Shown: piece by piece, positions 10,057-24,006 of the stretch
How the letters are laid out: each line of letters starts with the position of its first letter
Numbering within the stretch: the stretch's first letter is position 1
DNA from: Lophium mytilinum
Lineage: Eukaryota
NCBI GenBank assembly: GCA_010093605.1
Contig: MU004185.1
Span: 1,695,334 to 1,759,333 of the forward strand
Reading direction: 5' to 3'
Length of the DNA stretch: 64,000 nt
The notes under the pieces: model-generated
Told to the model about the DNA's origin: nothing
Databases searched by the model: none
Seen by the model: only the letters and a program-made list of their open reading frames with translations
Made by a program: the position numbers and the translations under genes

Positions 10057-13000
10057 CTAAAACCCAAACGGATTCATCGGCGTCGCCTTACTCAAATCCG
10101 CCCGCCCCGTCGGCTGCGCCACCAGCTTCTTCGCCTTAGGCTGCGTGCCAAACCTTACCGGCGGCGCCGGCCCCGTCTTCTGCGGCGTAAGCGGCGCCAA
10201 CCCACCTGCCTGACCTCCAAAGCCCGTCGGCATCGGGGGCATCGGCGGTGCATTCTGCTGCTGCTGCCCGAACCCACTCCCATTCGTAGCGGTGCCGAAT
10301 CCCGTGCGCTGGGGCTGCAGCGCCGGCGGGAGGAACATGTTAATGCCCGTCGCCTGAGGGTTAAGCGGCTGCTGCTGGAAGGAGTTGAAGCCCGTGGGCT
10401 GGGGTTGAAAAGGCTGGGTTGGGGGGTCGGCGAAGGGGGAGGCGTTTTGCTGGAAGCCGGTTTGCATGGGCTGCTGTTGCTGGGGTTGAAATTGCTGGCC
10501 GAAGCCTGTGGGTTGAGGCTGCTGGAATTGCGGTTGCTGGCCAAAGCCGGTTTGCATTGGCTGCTGCTGCTGGGGAGAGAATTGGTTCAGGCCAGTTGGT
10601 TGGGGCATGATGCCGTTTTGGCCGAAGTTGTTGAAGCCTTGCTGTTGTTGTTGTTGCGGGAAGCCGGTCTGCATTGGTTGTTGCTGTTGCAGGAAGTTGG
10701 GGTTCATGCGTTGCATGTTTAGGTCCTGCAGGCTCTGGCCGGGTGGAGCGACTTGAGCATGCATGTTTGGTGCACCCTGGAAGCCGGTGAGCTGGGGCTG
10801 GAGCGGAGGAGGCCCAAATGCGCTTTGTTGGTTCTGAGGAGCTGATGAAGCCCTCGGAGGCGGCGGTGCGATCAAGCCACCGCCCAGAGACTGTCCTTGC
10901 GGTGCTTGTGGACGCTGCCTGGCTGCCGCAATCTGCTGATTTGGTGTTTGTGACATACCGAATCCGGTGGGCTGCTGTGTCATGAAAGAAGGCTGTTGAG
11001 GTGGTTGCGTTTGAGGAAGATTGGCGACCTGGTCAAATAGCGATGGTAAGCCACCTGTAGGGGCTGCTTGCTGAGGAGGTGCAGGTTGAGGCGCAGATAC
11101 TTGCTGTGGTGCTGGTTGCGGTGCTGGGGTTGGCTGCAGAGGAGGAGTGAGTAGAGACAACTCTACCAATGACCCAGTAAGGGCGGGAGTCGGTGCAGCC
11201 GGCGCTGGTGTTGGCGCTGGAGCTGACGCCTGAGGAGGCGGCGCTGAAATAGACACCGAAGGCTGTCTCGATGGCTTGACTTCCCAGGCGTTGTCATCGA
11301 ATCCGTCAAACTTCTTCTCCGGCGGAGGAAGACCGGCAAGTGGAGTCGCTGCAGCATCTGCGGGTGCCGGTTTCTTGACCGCATCGTCCGTCTTCTGCTC
11401 AAAAGCCTTTGCATCGACAATGTCGTTAGTTTGAACGGGCGGAGCTGGACGGCCTTTTCGCGTGTTGTTTCTCAAAGCACCTCCAGCACCACTGAAGAGA
11501 CCACCGTTCGCCTCGCCGTCCTCGTTGATGACTGAGGTATCGCCAAAGCTCACACCGCGCTTTTCCTGGTCGGCCCTTGACCTGTTGAACTTTCTGTCTA
11601 GGAACTTCATGACACGGAGAATATCGCCCTCTTTAAGACCTAGAGTGCGAAGCAGTTTTTCGTTGACGTCCGGGAGAACCTCTTCGCCCATCTCATCCCG
11701 TAAGAAGGCAGAGGCATACCGGTCGCATATCTGTGGATTGACACCACATCCCAGGAAGAAGTCAAACCAGTCATACTCGGGCCGCTTTGGCTTCTCCACG
11801 GTGATACCAGCTTTGCCTTCGGCCGAATCGCGCTCTTTTTGGCGTTGAGTATTTCTCCTCTTCAGGTCTGCCAACGGCTTATCCTCGTCCAATGAGATTC
11901 CGGTTGCCCTTTCGACGTACTCCAAATCCTCCATGGCCATCTTCGTCACCGGCACCGCAATTTTGACGCCATTGAGCTTATGAAGATGGATCTTTCCATC
12001 CCTGAGCCCGATGAATTCGGCTTCCACCTTAAACGAGCCAGATCGGTCGGTCCACGTACGGATTTTCGCTGCGTTGGGTTCTACAGAGATCAGTTTGATG
12101 TAGTTGTAAAAGTTCTGTATACTCACTCGGTTTCGCTGTTGCTGGGCTGTCTTTACTGCCGCGGGAGCCTCTCTGTGAAGTACGTCTATGGTCAACTTCT
12201 GTTTGCATCAAGCTGCTATGACGCTCAGGCAAAGCAAGGCCAGGGCCTACCTGTGCAGCGCCAGAATCACTCTCGCGTTTCTTATGCGCCTTAGAGGCTG
12301 CCCGGGTAAGTCTGTCCTCCTCCAGTCTGTTCTGGTCCACGGTCGATCGTCCTGTGTTAACGCCACTGCGACTCGAAGCCGAAGGTACTGCGATGGTCTC
12401 GGTGACCTCGACGAAATCCCGGGGAACAACACCCTCTTTCCCGTTCTTTAATCTCCTGACCTTCCACCACTCTTCACTAGCCGTATCATCAAGAATGAGA
12501 ACTTCATCGCCAATTCCAACTGTTACCTCATCATCGCCCTGAGCCATGAAATCGAACAAAATCTGGCCCTTCTTTTGCACGTTAGAGGTCCCTGAGCCTA
12601 CCGCAAGCACCTCCCGCAATCCTTCAGCCTTTGCCATTCCGGATAACTCGCCGAGAGACGCCAGGATTTCAGACGCAGTGTCCTTGGCCCCACAGTGGAA
12701 CTCAATGCTTTTGCTCGGCTTGACCAGCTCCATAAAGAGATGTTTCCCCTCTTGTGAATAATACGTCATTTTTTCCGCGGTCCACTCTTTCTGCGGTCCG
12801 TCGCGTGATTTCTCTGGTGCTATAAATATTGTCCCCTTTGGCACATTTATACCCAGGGTCATAGGCATCTTCCTCTTCTTTCCCATATGCGAAACCATCT
12901 CATGAATATTATAAAGGTGGAACCCAGCTGGCGAAAGCGGCCCGTGGGGATTACGATCGTCATCCCTATCGTCGTCGACATCTTGAAACTTTACTCGCGG

Positions 13001-13881
13001 ATTCGCTACTGGCGACATAGGCGGTGGAGACGCGGGTGATCGCGGAGAGGCGTAGTGAGTTGGAGGCGGTGAAATTGCCTGCAATTGAGGTCTTCGGGGC
13101 ATTGGAGGCGGTGCTTCTTCGTCAGACTCCTCTGGGGTGTATTGGGGCCGTCTTGATTGCGAAATCACCGGGGGAGGAGAAATAGGTTGTCTTTGCGATC
13201 CCGAATTCGCCGTCTTTTGCTGGAGCAGACCTGCCAACGCAGCGGCTGGACTCTGATGTACAGGGCTTTCTGGAGACTGGGATGTCGGGGGCTCATATTG
13301 TTCTTCGCGTTCTGGCTGCGAAGGGGCTCGAGGACGCCCTGGCAGTGTCGGTGGAGCGCTCTCCCCAGCGTCGATATAATTTGCTGGGGCAAAACCAAAA
13401 TCGCCATCCAAGCCGACCAGTGTCCAATCTGGATCCGTCGTATCGTATACATCTAGGGTCGTGTCTTCGCTGAAAGACAGCTCTTCGTCGGTTTGTCTAG
13501 TATAATCGTAGAGGGCCTTGGCTTTCTGTAATGGAACAGCCTGCGGAATAGCATGTTAGTACATGTTTGCAACAGAGAGTATATCCCAGAGAGGTTCTCT
13601 GATCCAGACAGGCGAGATTCTGCAGGGTTTTGAATCCCAATATGAATTGCCATCGTGGTCACAGCCTTCGCTCGAAAACTCACCTCCTCGACATAGTTGT
13701 TTGGTATTAATCCTTCAGGCTCATCATCGCTCTCGTCCGCAGCCTTCTTCTTAGCCTTCCACCAGTCATCGTCGGAGCTCTTCTCCAGGACGAAGAGGAG
13801 GTCGCCCTCCTTGATAGCTAGCTCGTTGTCGCCCTGCGGGACATAGTCGTAGATGGCGCGGTAGATGCCCAGGAACACCAT
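10057..13881 (-). CDS. SLA1: Actin cytoskeleton / endocytic adaptor Sla1 (SH3 x3, SHD1, SAM-like, QPTG repeats; 3 exons)
   Basis: N-terminal SH3 (YRAIYDY..DWW..GLIPNNYVEE), further SH3 domains, SHD1 RTWTDRSGSFKVEAEF, YDWFDFFL, QxTG repeats, C-terminal NPFGF. Introns at ~13541-13683 and 12081-12126. Confidence 0.95.
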
Positions 13882-14693
13882 AGTGTAGATCCCAAGGGCG
13901 GCGGGACCGAGTCGCTAGCTAGGGACAATGGGCGGCACTGTAGCGAAAGAAGCAGTGAATACTGGCGTGGAGGTGTCAGTGCTGGGTCCGCATAAGCTGA
14001 GCGGACAGCACGGGGGTTGCTGGAGAGATCGGGGGCTTGCTGTGACGCGGCAAAGCGCGGCGCCGGCGGATAGCACGTGTCGAGGACAGCGCGAGAGCCG
14101 GGCAGCAGCTGGATAGTGAATATGTGTTTTGTCTGGGAGGATGGGTAGCGCGGAGGGCTGGTGATCAGCGATGGTATGGCTGCTAAGACCTGACATCGGG
14201 AGGCCTGTTCAGTCGCGCGCACAGGCCGCGAATGAAGCAACTTGGCGCCACGCCTCCGTCATCCAACGCACAGCATCAGGGCACCCCTGTCGAGCTGCAC
14301 TTATAAGGAGAAGGTGAAGACCATATTACTACAGACAGCCTCTATTCTCAATGGATGCTCTTCATTATTTTCCCAGGAGAGTGTGAGACTCTAAGTAGAT
14401 GATATATTCAATGCCGAGACGCTAACCGCATGTATCACGAGCTGTATAAATTATACTCAAGTCAAGTACACAGAGCGAAGGCATGCTTTAGAATGTGTGT
14501 CAACAGCCTTAACGTGCTGCTCTAGTTATTCCTTGTGCCATTAGATTCGCACAAAGCCTCGATAGAGCTGTCTGGATCCCGGCGGAGAATCGACGACACA
14601 TTCACCCTTCTTGGCCAATTCATAGAGTACCGGCTGTTGTTTCAATACCTCGTTAGTCATGCCATTAACTCATATCCTTCCAGGCCTTTAGCA

Positions 14694-16301
14694 CTAGAAC
14701 GTGAATCGAAAGCCCTCCTGCGCGAGATCAGCAACTGCCCCTTCTCTCGACCAATCAGAAGACTTACGGTATTCTCGATCACCTTTTTGCCCTTCTTCTG
14801 CTTTTGGTTTGCTAGGAAGAAATAACCAGAAAACAAAATGACGCATGCAATCATCAGGATATGCGAGCTGCAAGGGCTGTCAGAAGACCCATCTGAGGTC
14901 AAGGGGAGAGACTTACCCTATGCTAACCCAGATTGCGGTGATGTAGCGCGGAGCTTCTGGCTGCCGTACTATGAAACTGCCCGCAATACCGCCAGCACCA
15001 TTGCAGGCTGTAACAGCAGCTGCAGTAAACACCCTCTTCCACTGTCTGTATCAAATATAAGCATCGACTGAATTTTGCGTATGTTGTGGATGCGCATCTT
15101 ACCCGACGATGTTGTTGGCCTGATATGCATTCAGGGCCGCCCAATTCGCCACATAGGAGCCAGTCGCGAGATACGTCCCGATGTATCTAACTGTTACTTG
15201 ATTGCTGAAACCGAGCATACAGAAGCCAACAATGAGGCAGATTGAGTTGAACACGATTACAGGGCCGCGAAGTCTAAAGCGGTCTCCGACCCACGATGAG
15301 AGCAGTGCTGGGATGACCGCGTAGTAGTACGGAGGGGCTGAGAGGAGGATCGCCTTGTTCGTGCTGAACCCCATCCCTCCTTGGAGAATGATTGGTAGAA
15401 AGTAGGAAAGCGAGGTCGAGACGAGGTTGAGGAGAAAGTACATGACACAAAAGCCGTAGACTTTTGGATCTGCAGCATGGCAAAGGACCTTGGACCAGGC
15501 AAAACCGTCGATTTGAGAGTCCCCTCTGTCTTTTTGGATCCTAGATGCCGCAAAAGCGCTCTCCTCTTTCGAGAGGAACAAAAAGCTTTTATGAGAACTC
15601 TCCGGGAAGTCGACCATCCACCAGAACGTGACAATCCCCAGGAACATGGAGATAGCCCCTTGCACGATGAACATCCACTGCCACCCCTTAAGCCCCTGCT
15701 TGCCGTTGAGCTGGTTCAAGCCATAGTTGACGATGCCGCCGGTGGCGAGAACGATGACCTCGCCGCTTTGCAAATACGCAAACCTCAGCTGTTGCTCTTC
15801 TCGCGTGTAGTACGTGCTGATCAGATAGGTCAATCCTGGGTAGATGCCCGACATGGAGATACCAAGAAGCACTCTCAGTGCAATCATCTGTCGCCATGTT
15901 CGCACAAAGGCGGTCGCAAGCGTGATGACGCCAAAGCAGAAGGTGATGAAGGCAAACCAGATTCTGGGACCAAACGTTCGAACTGCGATTGTTGAAGGCA
16001 GCTGAAAAGCAATGCTGGCAACGGTGAAAATGAAGATAGATACGGAATAGCGGTTTCCTTGATCCAGATGCAAGTCACTGAGCATCGAGGTCACAGAGGC
16101 ACTGGAGATGACGCCGCTGTCCAGCAAATCGAGGCTGCAGAGGATGCCAGCAATGCTGCATAGCCGTAAATCAATTTTCAATCGCAGCCGTCGCTCAATG
16201 GCTGCTTTCTGTTCATCTGTTTCATCTCTTTCGTCTCTGAGGTCGTCGACGTCATCGTCCTGGAGCAGCTCCGGCTCTGCGGAGGGAATGTTCTTCGACA
16301 T
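14694..16301 (-). CDS. MFS transporter, allantoate/nicotinate permease (Dal5/Tna1, ACS) family
   Basis: KIDLRL, YYTREEQQLR, GLKGWQWMFIVQG, DFPE, GDRFRLRGP. Three introns in the 3' part; the last exon EGFRFTF* is typical of this family. Confidence 0.88.
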
Positions 16302-17045
16302 TGGTGCGAATTGGGGTGGGTGTCATGGTGGAAAATGGCAGAGACACACATTTTGTAATCGGGGTTTGTGATTGTCGAACAGGCCCCTCGTGCCTTCCTT
16401 CCGGCTCAGTTTCCAGCCACTCGTTCCCGATGCACCAGCGATGCAGATACCGACCTGCCGAGTCACGCTAGCCAGGAAAAAAGTGGCATTCTCAATCAAG
16501 CAGTTCAACAACGTCTGAGGTGGCCAGGAGAGTTATCACACATGCCAAAGCCTGTATTTCTTGAAGGCAATAGCGTACTAGAGGACTTCAGCTGGTTTTC
16601 AATCTAGGTACACAGAGATAGTTGGTATTACTTATAGATTCGATGAATGCTAATTTCTCCTGTCACTTAAGTACCACGCTGTCTTATGTTTCCTAGAAGG
16701 TAGGTGGACCTTTCTACTACTGCTTAGGGTGCTTCAATAAGTTTCTATATGGTCTAAGACCACGAGCTTCAAATGTGTTTATTTTTTGAAAAAGCTCTAA
16801 CGCACCAGTACACAACGGAAAGGGCAGAATAGAGTGCCACCTTTTTCATGCCCCGGGTGCGAGTGCGGAGGCTTTGGCTCCACCTCTAATCCTCCTATCC
16901 TTTCCGAGATCGTCAGCCTGTTGCTTACCAATAGCCGATGTGACTCACGAGCGTAACCATTGTCAAATGGACAGTGCCTTGAAACTCTCCAATCTTCGCA
17001 CAAGACAGTGGCTTGCAAAATCAATTCTTTCATTGACTAAAAGAG

Positions 17046-18707
17046 ATGGCTTCTTCAACCTCAAGGGCACCTCACGAGGGCATAGAGTTACAGGCTATTC
17101 CTGATGAGTTACACATTTCCCAGCAGACGTCCAGAAATGGATCTGCATATGCGTCTTCATTGAACCCGGCACTAGACGAACGGCAATCGCCTCGAAATCG
17201 AAGGTAGGCTTCAATTGTCACACCAATTCATATATATTCAATATGTTTTGATCTCATCCTATCCCTGTCTCACAAACACTGTTCTATACCATATTCTTGG
17301 TAAGTCCTGCACAAGCTAACGAATGCAATATTCCACAATCCAGAAGAGCCATCCTCGTCGTCATCGCCGCCTCCACCCTCACTTTTACAGGCTGTGGTCT
17401 CAATTTCGCCTTCGGCGTCTACCAAGAACTCTACGAAACCCTCGATGGCCCATTCTCCCACGCTAGCCCCGCAATCATCGACCTCATCGGCACTCTCGCC
17501 GTCAGTCTAATGACCGTTCTCGCACCCCTGGCATCAGCGTGGACAAAAGCCTACTCACCGCGGACAATGACCCTCATTGGCGCCTGTATCTTCTTCCTTG
17601 CCAACATCCTCGCCTCCTTCGGCCAACAGCTCTGGCACTTTATCCTAACGCAAGGCGTGATGCTTGGCTGCGGAACCTGCTTAACCTATATCCCTGCCGT
17701 GACCATAGCACCGGGCTGGTTCGACACACGTCGCGGCCTAGCTATGGGCATAATCCTTAGCGGGTAGGTTCTATTCTCGGAGGTGTAACAATACGTGCGA
17801 CATGCAAACTAACAATCTCAGCACCGGTGTCGGCGGAGTGGTGTGGGCGCCAGCACTACGCTCTCTCAACGCCTCTATCGGATTCCGGAACACCCTTCGC
17901 TTGACCGGCGGCATCGCATTCATCCTCATATGCGCCGCTGCATTTGTACTGAAATGGGATCCCGACAGCGAAAGACGCAACTTGATCGAGTATCCGCCAA
18001 CCTCTTCCAAGTCCTTCGGAGCAAGATTCATCCACATCAAAATCCCGCTCGTCAACTGGCGAATCGCGCGCACGAAAATCTTCGTTGCGGAAGCGTTGGG
18101 CGCGATGTTGCAAGCGGCTGCGTACTACACTCCGGTGTATTTCTTCTCAGCCTATGCGAGGACGCTTGGGTATAGCGCTGCCAGCGGTGCGAGTTTCATC
18201 GCCATTTCGAATGCCTCGTCTGCGATGGGGAAGGTCGTACTGGGCTACGTTGCGGATCGGACTGGGCGGATCAATACACTCCTGGTGTGCACTGTCATTA
18301 GCGCTGTTTCTGCGTTGGGTTTGTGGTTCCCTTCAACCTCTGTAGCCGTCGACGAGGGGCAGAAGGCTAAATCCCTCTTTATCGCGTTCACTATCTTATA
18401 CGGCATATTTGCGGGCGCATACACAGCCCTCTTCCCAACTGTCCTCGTAGAGTTGTTCGGGGTTCAGCATTTCGCAAGCGTCAATGGCTTCCTATATATG
18501 GTCCGCGGATTTGGCACACTGCTTGGTACGCCAATCGCTGGCGCACTCATCCGTTCGTCTGGAGCTGGTGTCTCGACAGGATTCGGGCACAAAGCGATGG
18601 ACTATACAAAGCCGAGCGTTATGGTAGGTTCGCTGCTGGCGGCTGCAACAGTCAGTGTGTTCTGGGTCAGGTTGGAAGCCGGTGGTGTGACGAAGTGGAA
18701 GGCGTAG
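17046..18707 (+). CDS. MFS monocarboxylate-porter (MCT/Mch-like) transporter (3 exons)
   Basis: FAFGVYQELY, TQGVMLGCG, WFDTRRGLAMGIILSG, GYVADRTGR, ELFGVQHFASVNG. Introns at 17204-17343 and ~17764-17821. Confidence 0.87.
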
Positions 18708-19161
18708 ATTGCGGTGCCCAACTGTACGCATATTGTACAGAAGGTGAAAAAGCGAGGTAGTGACCGATTCATCTCTTCAATGCTCAGAATTGACGTAACA
18801 GAATAACTGTTTACTTGCTTCTTGTTGAAGGCGAAGGCGATAGCGTAAGCTCCCCACCCTGCCAAAGCAAAGATCTCCTTGAACGAAGCCCAATTACAAT
18901 CCAATCGGCATATACACCTACATATTGTGACCTCCTTCCGAAAGTTCAGACCTCTTTGCGGAGTGCAGCCAGGTCGGATACAGTGACGTGGTGTTCACTT
19001 ATGTTCTCCATGCGGTACAGTGCATTTCTGAGCCCAACAGGCTGAAAGGAGGCATTTTCTTCTCCTTGCTGTTTCCCTTATCAGATGGCCTCTCACTTTG
19101 AGATTCCTCTTAACTCGACAAATTCTCACCCTTCTACCCAGCAGCCTTTTCGCATACTCTC

Positions 19162-20788
19162 TCAAACATACTTTACGCCCCACCTCTCCCCCGTCCGACT
19201 CCCGACTCCACTCCTCTCCCTAATCCCCCTCGCACACTCTTTCGCCTCCTCCATCAACTTCCCCTCATCTACCGCGACTAACTCCCCATCCTTAATTCTC
19301 ACAACCCCACCCACAACCACCATCTCTACATCCCTCCCCGTACACGCATGCACAATCGTCGTAACCGGATCCACCCCTCCCCCCTGCACCTCCCCCCAGC
19401 CCCACGGACTCGCCCCAATCCCCGGCCTCACCACCACAAAATCGGCCTGCTTCCCCTCCTCCAACTTCCCCACCTCCCCCTCCATCCCCAGCGCCCTCGC
19501 CCCGTTCACCGTCGCCATCTCCAGCACCTCATACGCGTCCACCACCCCCGCCTTCTTCCCCTCTGCACTATGAACCACCCCGGCGAGGTGCATCTCCCGG
19601 AACATATCATACCCATTATTACACGGCGCGCCATCCGTCCCCAAACACACATTCACGCCCCCGTCCCGCATCGCGGGGACCGGCGCGATCCCATTCCCGA
19701 GCTTCGCGTTCGAGGTCGGGTTGTGGCTCACACTCGTGCGCGTCCGCTCTAGAATCCCGATATCGACATCGAGATCCGGGTGCACGACGTGCGCGAGAAC
19801 GGTCTGCGGGCCGATAATATCTGCTTTTTCGCAGAACTCGAGGGGCGTGAGATCGTATTCTGAGCGGAAGATGGAGAGGTCGGCGGGGGCTTCGGCGCAG
19901 TGCATGGTTACGCCGATGGGGAGGGAGGCGTGGGCGTGGCCGATGGCGGCGTGGGTGGAGAGCGGGGAGCCGCGCGGGGTGGAGGCGGCGAGCCAGATGC
20001 GGAGGAGGGGGTTGTGGGTGAGGTGGTGGGTGGAGTGGGCGAGGAGGGCGGAGGGGAGGGACATGGAGGCGGCGTCTTTGTCGCGGGCGTCGGTGAGGTT
20101 GAGGAGGGCGTTGGTTTCGAGGGGTTTGACGAGTTTGGCCTGGGTTGGGGGTTAGGGGGGGATAGCAGCGAGTGTAGAGATAATAAAGAGAAGATATTAA
20201 GAGGCTAGAGGAAAGATTTGGTGGGAAAGGGGCACACACCAAACACGCCCTCACGCCCATCTCTCCCACCGCGCGAACCACGTTCTCGATCCCGGCTCGG
20301 TGCGTCAACATGGCTTCTAGGAAACATGTCGTTCCTGTCTTCAGCATCTCGGCTATTGTAAGCTTGGCGGCGATATAGCCATCTTCGCCTTCGTAGCATG
20401 CTTCCAGCGGCCAGATGGCGTCGCATAGCCAGGAGTGAAGGTCGAGGTCTTCAGCAAGGCCGCGGAGTAGGGACTGTGCGAGATGGGCATGAGTGTTTAT
20501 CAAGCCCGGGACGACTATCCTATTCTCGAGGGAGACTGTGGGTATGTTTTGTGGGAGAGCTGTAGGGGTTCAACAAGTGAGCATATTGCAGGGGTTGAGG
20601 GGAACCCAAGATGAACTTGACGAATGGATGAACGGACCTCCGCCTTTGTATTTTAGAGTCCCTGTTTTTCCAATTGCTGCTATTTGAGATCCTTCGACAA
20701 GAATGGAGCCATCGAGGATGATTTCGCGTTCTTTGTTGACTGTGATGATGGTGCCGTGGGTATAGAGGGTAAGAGAAAGGGAAGACAT
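19162..20788 (-). CDS. Metal-dependent amidohydrolase, MTA/SAH deaminase - guanine deaminase - AtzA/TrzA group (3 exons)
   Basis: PGLINTHAH (HxH), LLRGLAEDLDLHSWL..IWPLE, MHCAE (HxxE), LAHVVH, HNPTSNAKL, LGTDGAPCNN, GKLEEGKQAD. Confidence 0.9.
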
Positions 20789-21296
20789 GATGACTGAAAT
20801 TACGAAACAATGAGACTGAAATGAACTGGGTATTGTAGATAGTTTAAAATGCAAGATCGGCGAGAAAGAAGATCCTCGCAAGGTTTCCCAGAAATCAATC
20901 GCGGTGAAGTCCGATTTCGGGTCTGGGCATCTGGCGGGTGCCGCTGTCAAAGTGACCAGTCAGACCAATTGAATTATACGTATCTGTGCACTAGAAAGCT
21001 ATTATACGGATAACAGCTGAAAAAGGAACGCGAGAGGATTATGGATTGATGTAGTGTGAAGTGTATGAAGATGTAGTTCTGGATGATGGGGTCGGCCGTC
21101 GTCGGCCGAGATTCCAGATAGGACCCGAGCGAATCGGCGATAAGCCTCCAAGTACTCTAATGCAGTAGTGCAAGAGTGGAGGTCAAGTATAATAGTCTTG
21201 CCGCGCGGGAATGTGGAGAAGAATTAACAAAGTGTCTCCTGATTATTCTTACCACCCTTGTCCATAATCACACATCTGCTTCCAGATTGGACAATA

Positions 21297-23197
21297 ATGG
21301 AGGCTCCAATTGACAAAGGAAAGGAGGCTGAGCGGGAGCAAGTAACCGCATATGAGCCTTCCACAACCAATGGCGAAGTCAGCGAAGAACAAGGACGATT
21401 TGGAGCGCTGAAGCGCACATTCCTTACGCGGGACGGATGGATAGGTGACTACGTGAGTTGCAAACCTATTTCAACTTCTTGAAAAGCCATAGTCTCATAG
21501 AATCCTAGGATTATCTATACCTAGTGACTCCAAACATCTGGCCCCTAAATCGAAAGTACAAAAACTACGAGGCGCCGTTCTATGGCCTGAACGATGAAGT
21601 TCCAATCCTACTCACCATTATCCTCGGACTCCAGCATGCTCTGACGATGATCGGCTCCGTGGTGTCTCCGCCGTTGGCGATAGCTGGAGGAGCTTTCAAC
21701 TTTGACCCTATCGTGACCGAATATCTGGTCTCGACCGCATTTATCACGACCGGAATCGCGACCGCTCTTCAGGTCACCCGGGTGCATATCGCCAAAACCC
21801 CCTTCTTTATCGGCACAGGTCTGTTGTCGGTTGTCGGTCCTACCTTTGATATCATCCCCGTCGCCATCAACTATGCAACCATGCGATACAAAAATGGAAC
21901 TTGCCCAGTTGCTGCCGACGGTACTCTGCTGCCATGTCCAGAAGGTTGGGGAGCTGTGCTCGGTACGATGCTTTGCTGTGTCTGGGTCCAGATATTCATG
22001 TCCTTCGTCCCTCCAAAGACGCTGAACAGGATCTTTCCGAAACTCATTACTGGAGGCCTGTTGCTCCTCGTGGGCGTCTACTTGGTGTCCAATGGAATGC
22101 AGAACTGGGGTGGGAGCTCCAACTGCCATGATGGTAAAGGCTTCTACGCGCTTTGTCCGAATGTGGCTGCACCACGGCCATTGGAATGGTGAGTATCGCT
22201 CCTCGTCGTCATATCTCAATGTGGATATTTCTAACATGTCCAAGGGCTGACCCAAAATTGATCGGATTGGGTTTCTCGGTCTTTGTAACCATCATCATTG
22301 TCGAGACCATAGGTGCGCCGCTTATGAGGTCTGCCTCAGTAATCGTTGGGCTTGCCGTAGGCTGCATCATCTCTGGAGCGACTGGGTATTGGGACCGAAG
22401 CCAGATCAACGAGGCACCTGTGGCAACCTTTATGTGGACTCATACCTTTAAGCTCTCCGTAGACGGTGCACTAGTGCTTCCGCTGCTGATCATGTTCATC
22501 TGTCAAGCTGTCTCATGTATGCCAGATATCCTAGCCACAGCGGAGATTAGCGGTGTCGAGATCGAGGGTACCAACTTCAACAGCAGGATCCAAGGAGGGA
22601 TTCTGTGTGATGGCCTGGGGAGCTTTCTCAGTGCCCTTGGTACAGGACCGCCTATGGTCAGTCAAGCGGGAAACAACGGTGTTATTGTCTTGACCAGCTG
22701 TGCTGTGAGTGCTTCCTCTTGGATGAAATGATACGATGGCTGACTGGAAGCAGAGCAGAAGAGCTGGTTGGTGCGCATCCGGATTCCTCATCCTCATGGG
22801 CATATTTGGAAAGTTTGGCGCCGTTTTCGCCTCGATGCCTCCATCGGTACTCGGAGGCATGCAAGTGTTCCTCTACAGTACCATCGCAGTAGCGGGTATT
22901 CGTGTTCTCGGTCTGATTCCCTGGACGCGTCGTGACAGATTCATCCTGTCAGCTTCTCTTGCCATTGGGTTTATCGACATCGTTCAACCGACTTGGTTTA
23001 ACAAGATTCTGAACTACAGCGGGTCGAATGTCCATCTTCAAGGCTTTGAGCAGGGCATCAACTTGATTGTGGAAACGCCTTTCGTCATTGCGGCTGTCGT
23101 TGGAGTTTTCTTGAATAGCTTTTTACCCGCGGATAGAATGAAGAAGATGGATGTGCATGGTGATGGGCACAAGCATCCCGTGCTAGGGGAGTCTTAA
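21297..23197 (+). CDS. NCS2/NAT nucleobase-ascorbate transporter (UapA/UapC-like) with an atypical signature (4 exons)
   Basis: GWIGDYDY, LGLQHALTM, GTGLLSVVG, RIQGGILCDG, NNGVIVLT, SVLGGMQVFL, RRDRFIL. Introns at ~21453-21508, ~22189-22244 and ~22705-22752. Confidence 0.9.
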
Positions 23198-24006
23198 TGG
23201 TGATGGAAAATAGAGAGATCATGGAGTTAGAGATGAACATCGAGCGGCTAAACTTAGAGGGATATAGAAGTAATTTCGCTTCGCTACTTTCTATTAAAAG
23301 AGTCCTTGTTTGCGATTTACTAGTAATACCTACTATTCTAAGCCTACTTGAAATGCTCAGCTCAGATCTAATAACGAGCATCTGACAAGCTCAAATGTCC
23401 ACACCCTTTCCTCTATTTAGTACCCAGTCTGGCAGGTCTTGGCCTTGTGTTGAAGGCAGACAAGCTTCTTTGCACTGCCCCGCCAGGGTCTGCGGGGTCG
23501 GGGTCCCCTGCAACGCGTTGTCGTATTCTACTCCCCACCATGACAGCAGTTGGGCATCATGCCTCTGTCGTCTTCAACACCATTTCCGAGCCTCTACTTC
23601 GACGTCTTTAGCCAAAATCGCGCCAGCTAGCCTGGTTTCGTTGCTGTATCAAACAAGGACGACTCCGACGCGTAGGCATTGCGTTGCCCAACCCCGGCTG
23701 AGATACATCCCCGGTACACCCCGACGAAGACACTAGTCCCCCAGCGCTAGGTAGAGCTTCAGCTGAAGGCGTGGAACGTCAGCTCGGTGGAGGTTGCGTG
23801 GAGCTTCGGTCTGAAAAGATACTTAGGGCGAGACAATCCGGTCTGTCTGAGAAGACTTGAGTCGTGGTCCTTTCAGCCTTCTACTTACGGCACAGCACCT
23901 CTCAACGGTAGTCTTGTGACGAGGCTGTGAAGGACAGAGGACACCTCTCCCATATTTCCATCTACACCCTACAAACCACCATTCCGGGTGTATTCAACAC
24001 TCAGCC

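Noticed and set aside
9865..10722. 285-aa Leu/Arg-rich + strand ORF
   Set aside because: Antisense shadow of the Gln/Pro-rich SLA1 tail; no family motifs.
19085..20208. Several Pro/His- or Gly-rich ORFs over the amidohydrolase
   Set aside because: Alternative-frame and antisense products of extreme C/G skew.
21091..21110. TCGG/CCGA motif as a UaY purine-regulator site
   Set aside because: Spacing is 0 or 10 nt, not the TCGG-N6-CCGA consensus.
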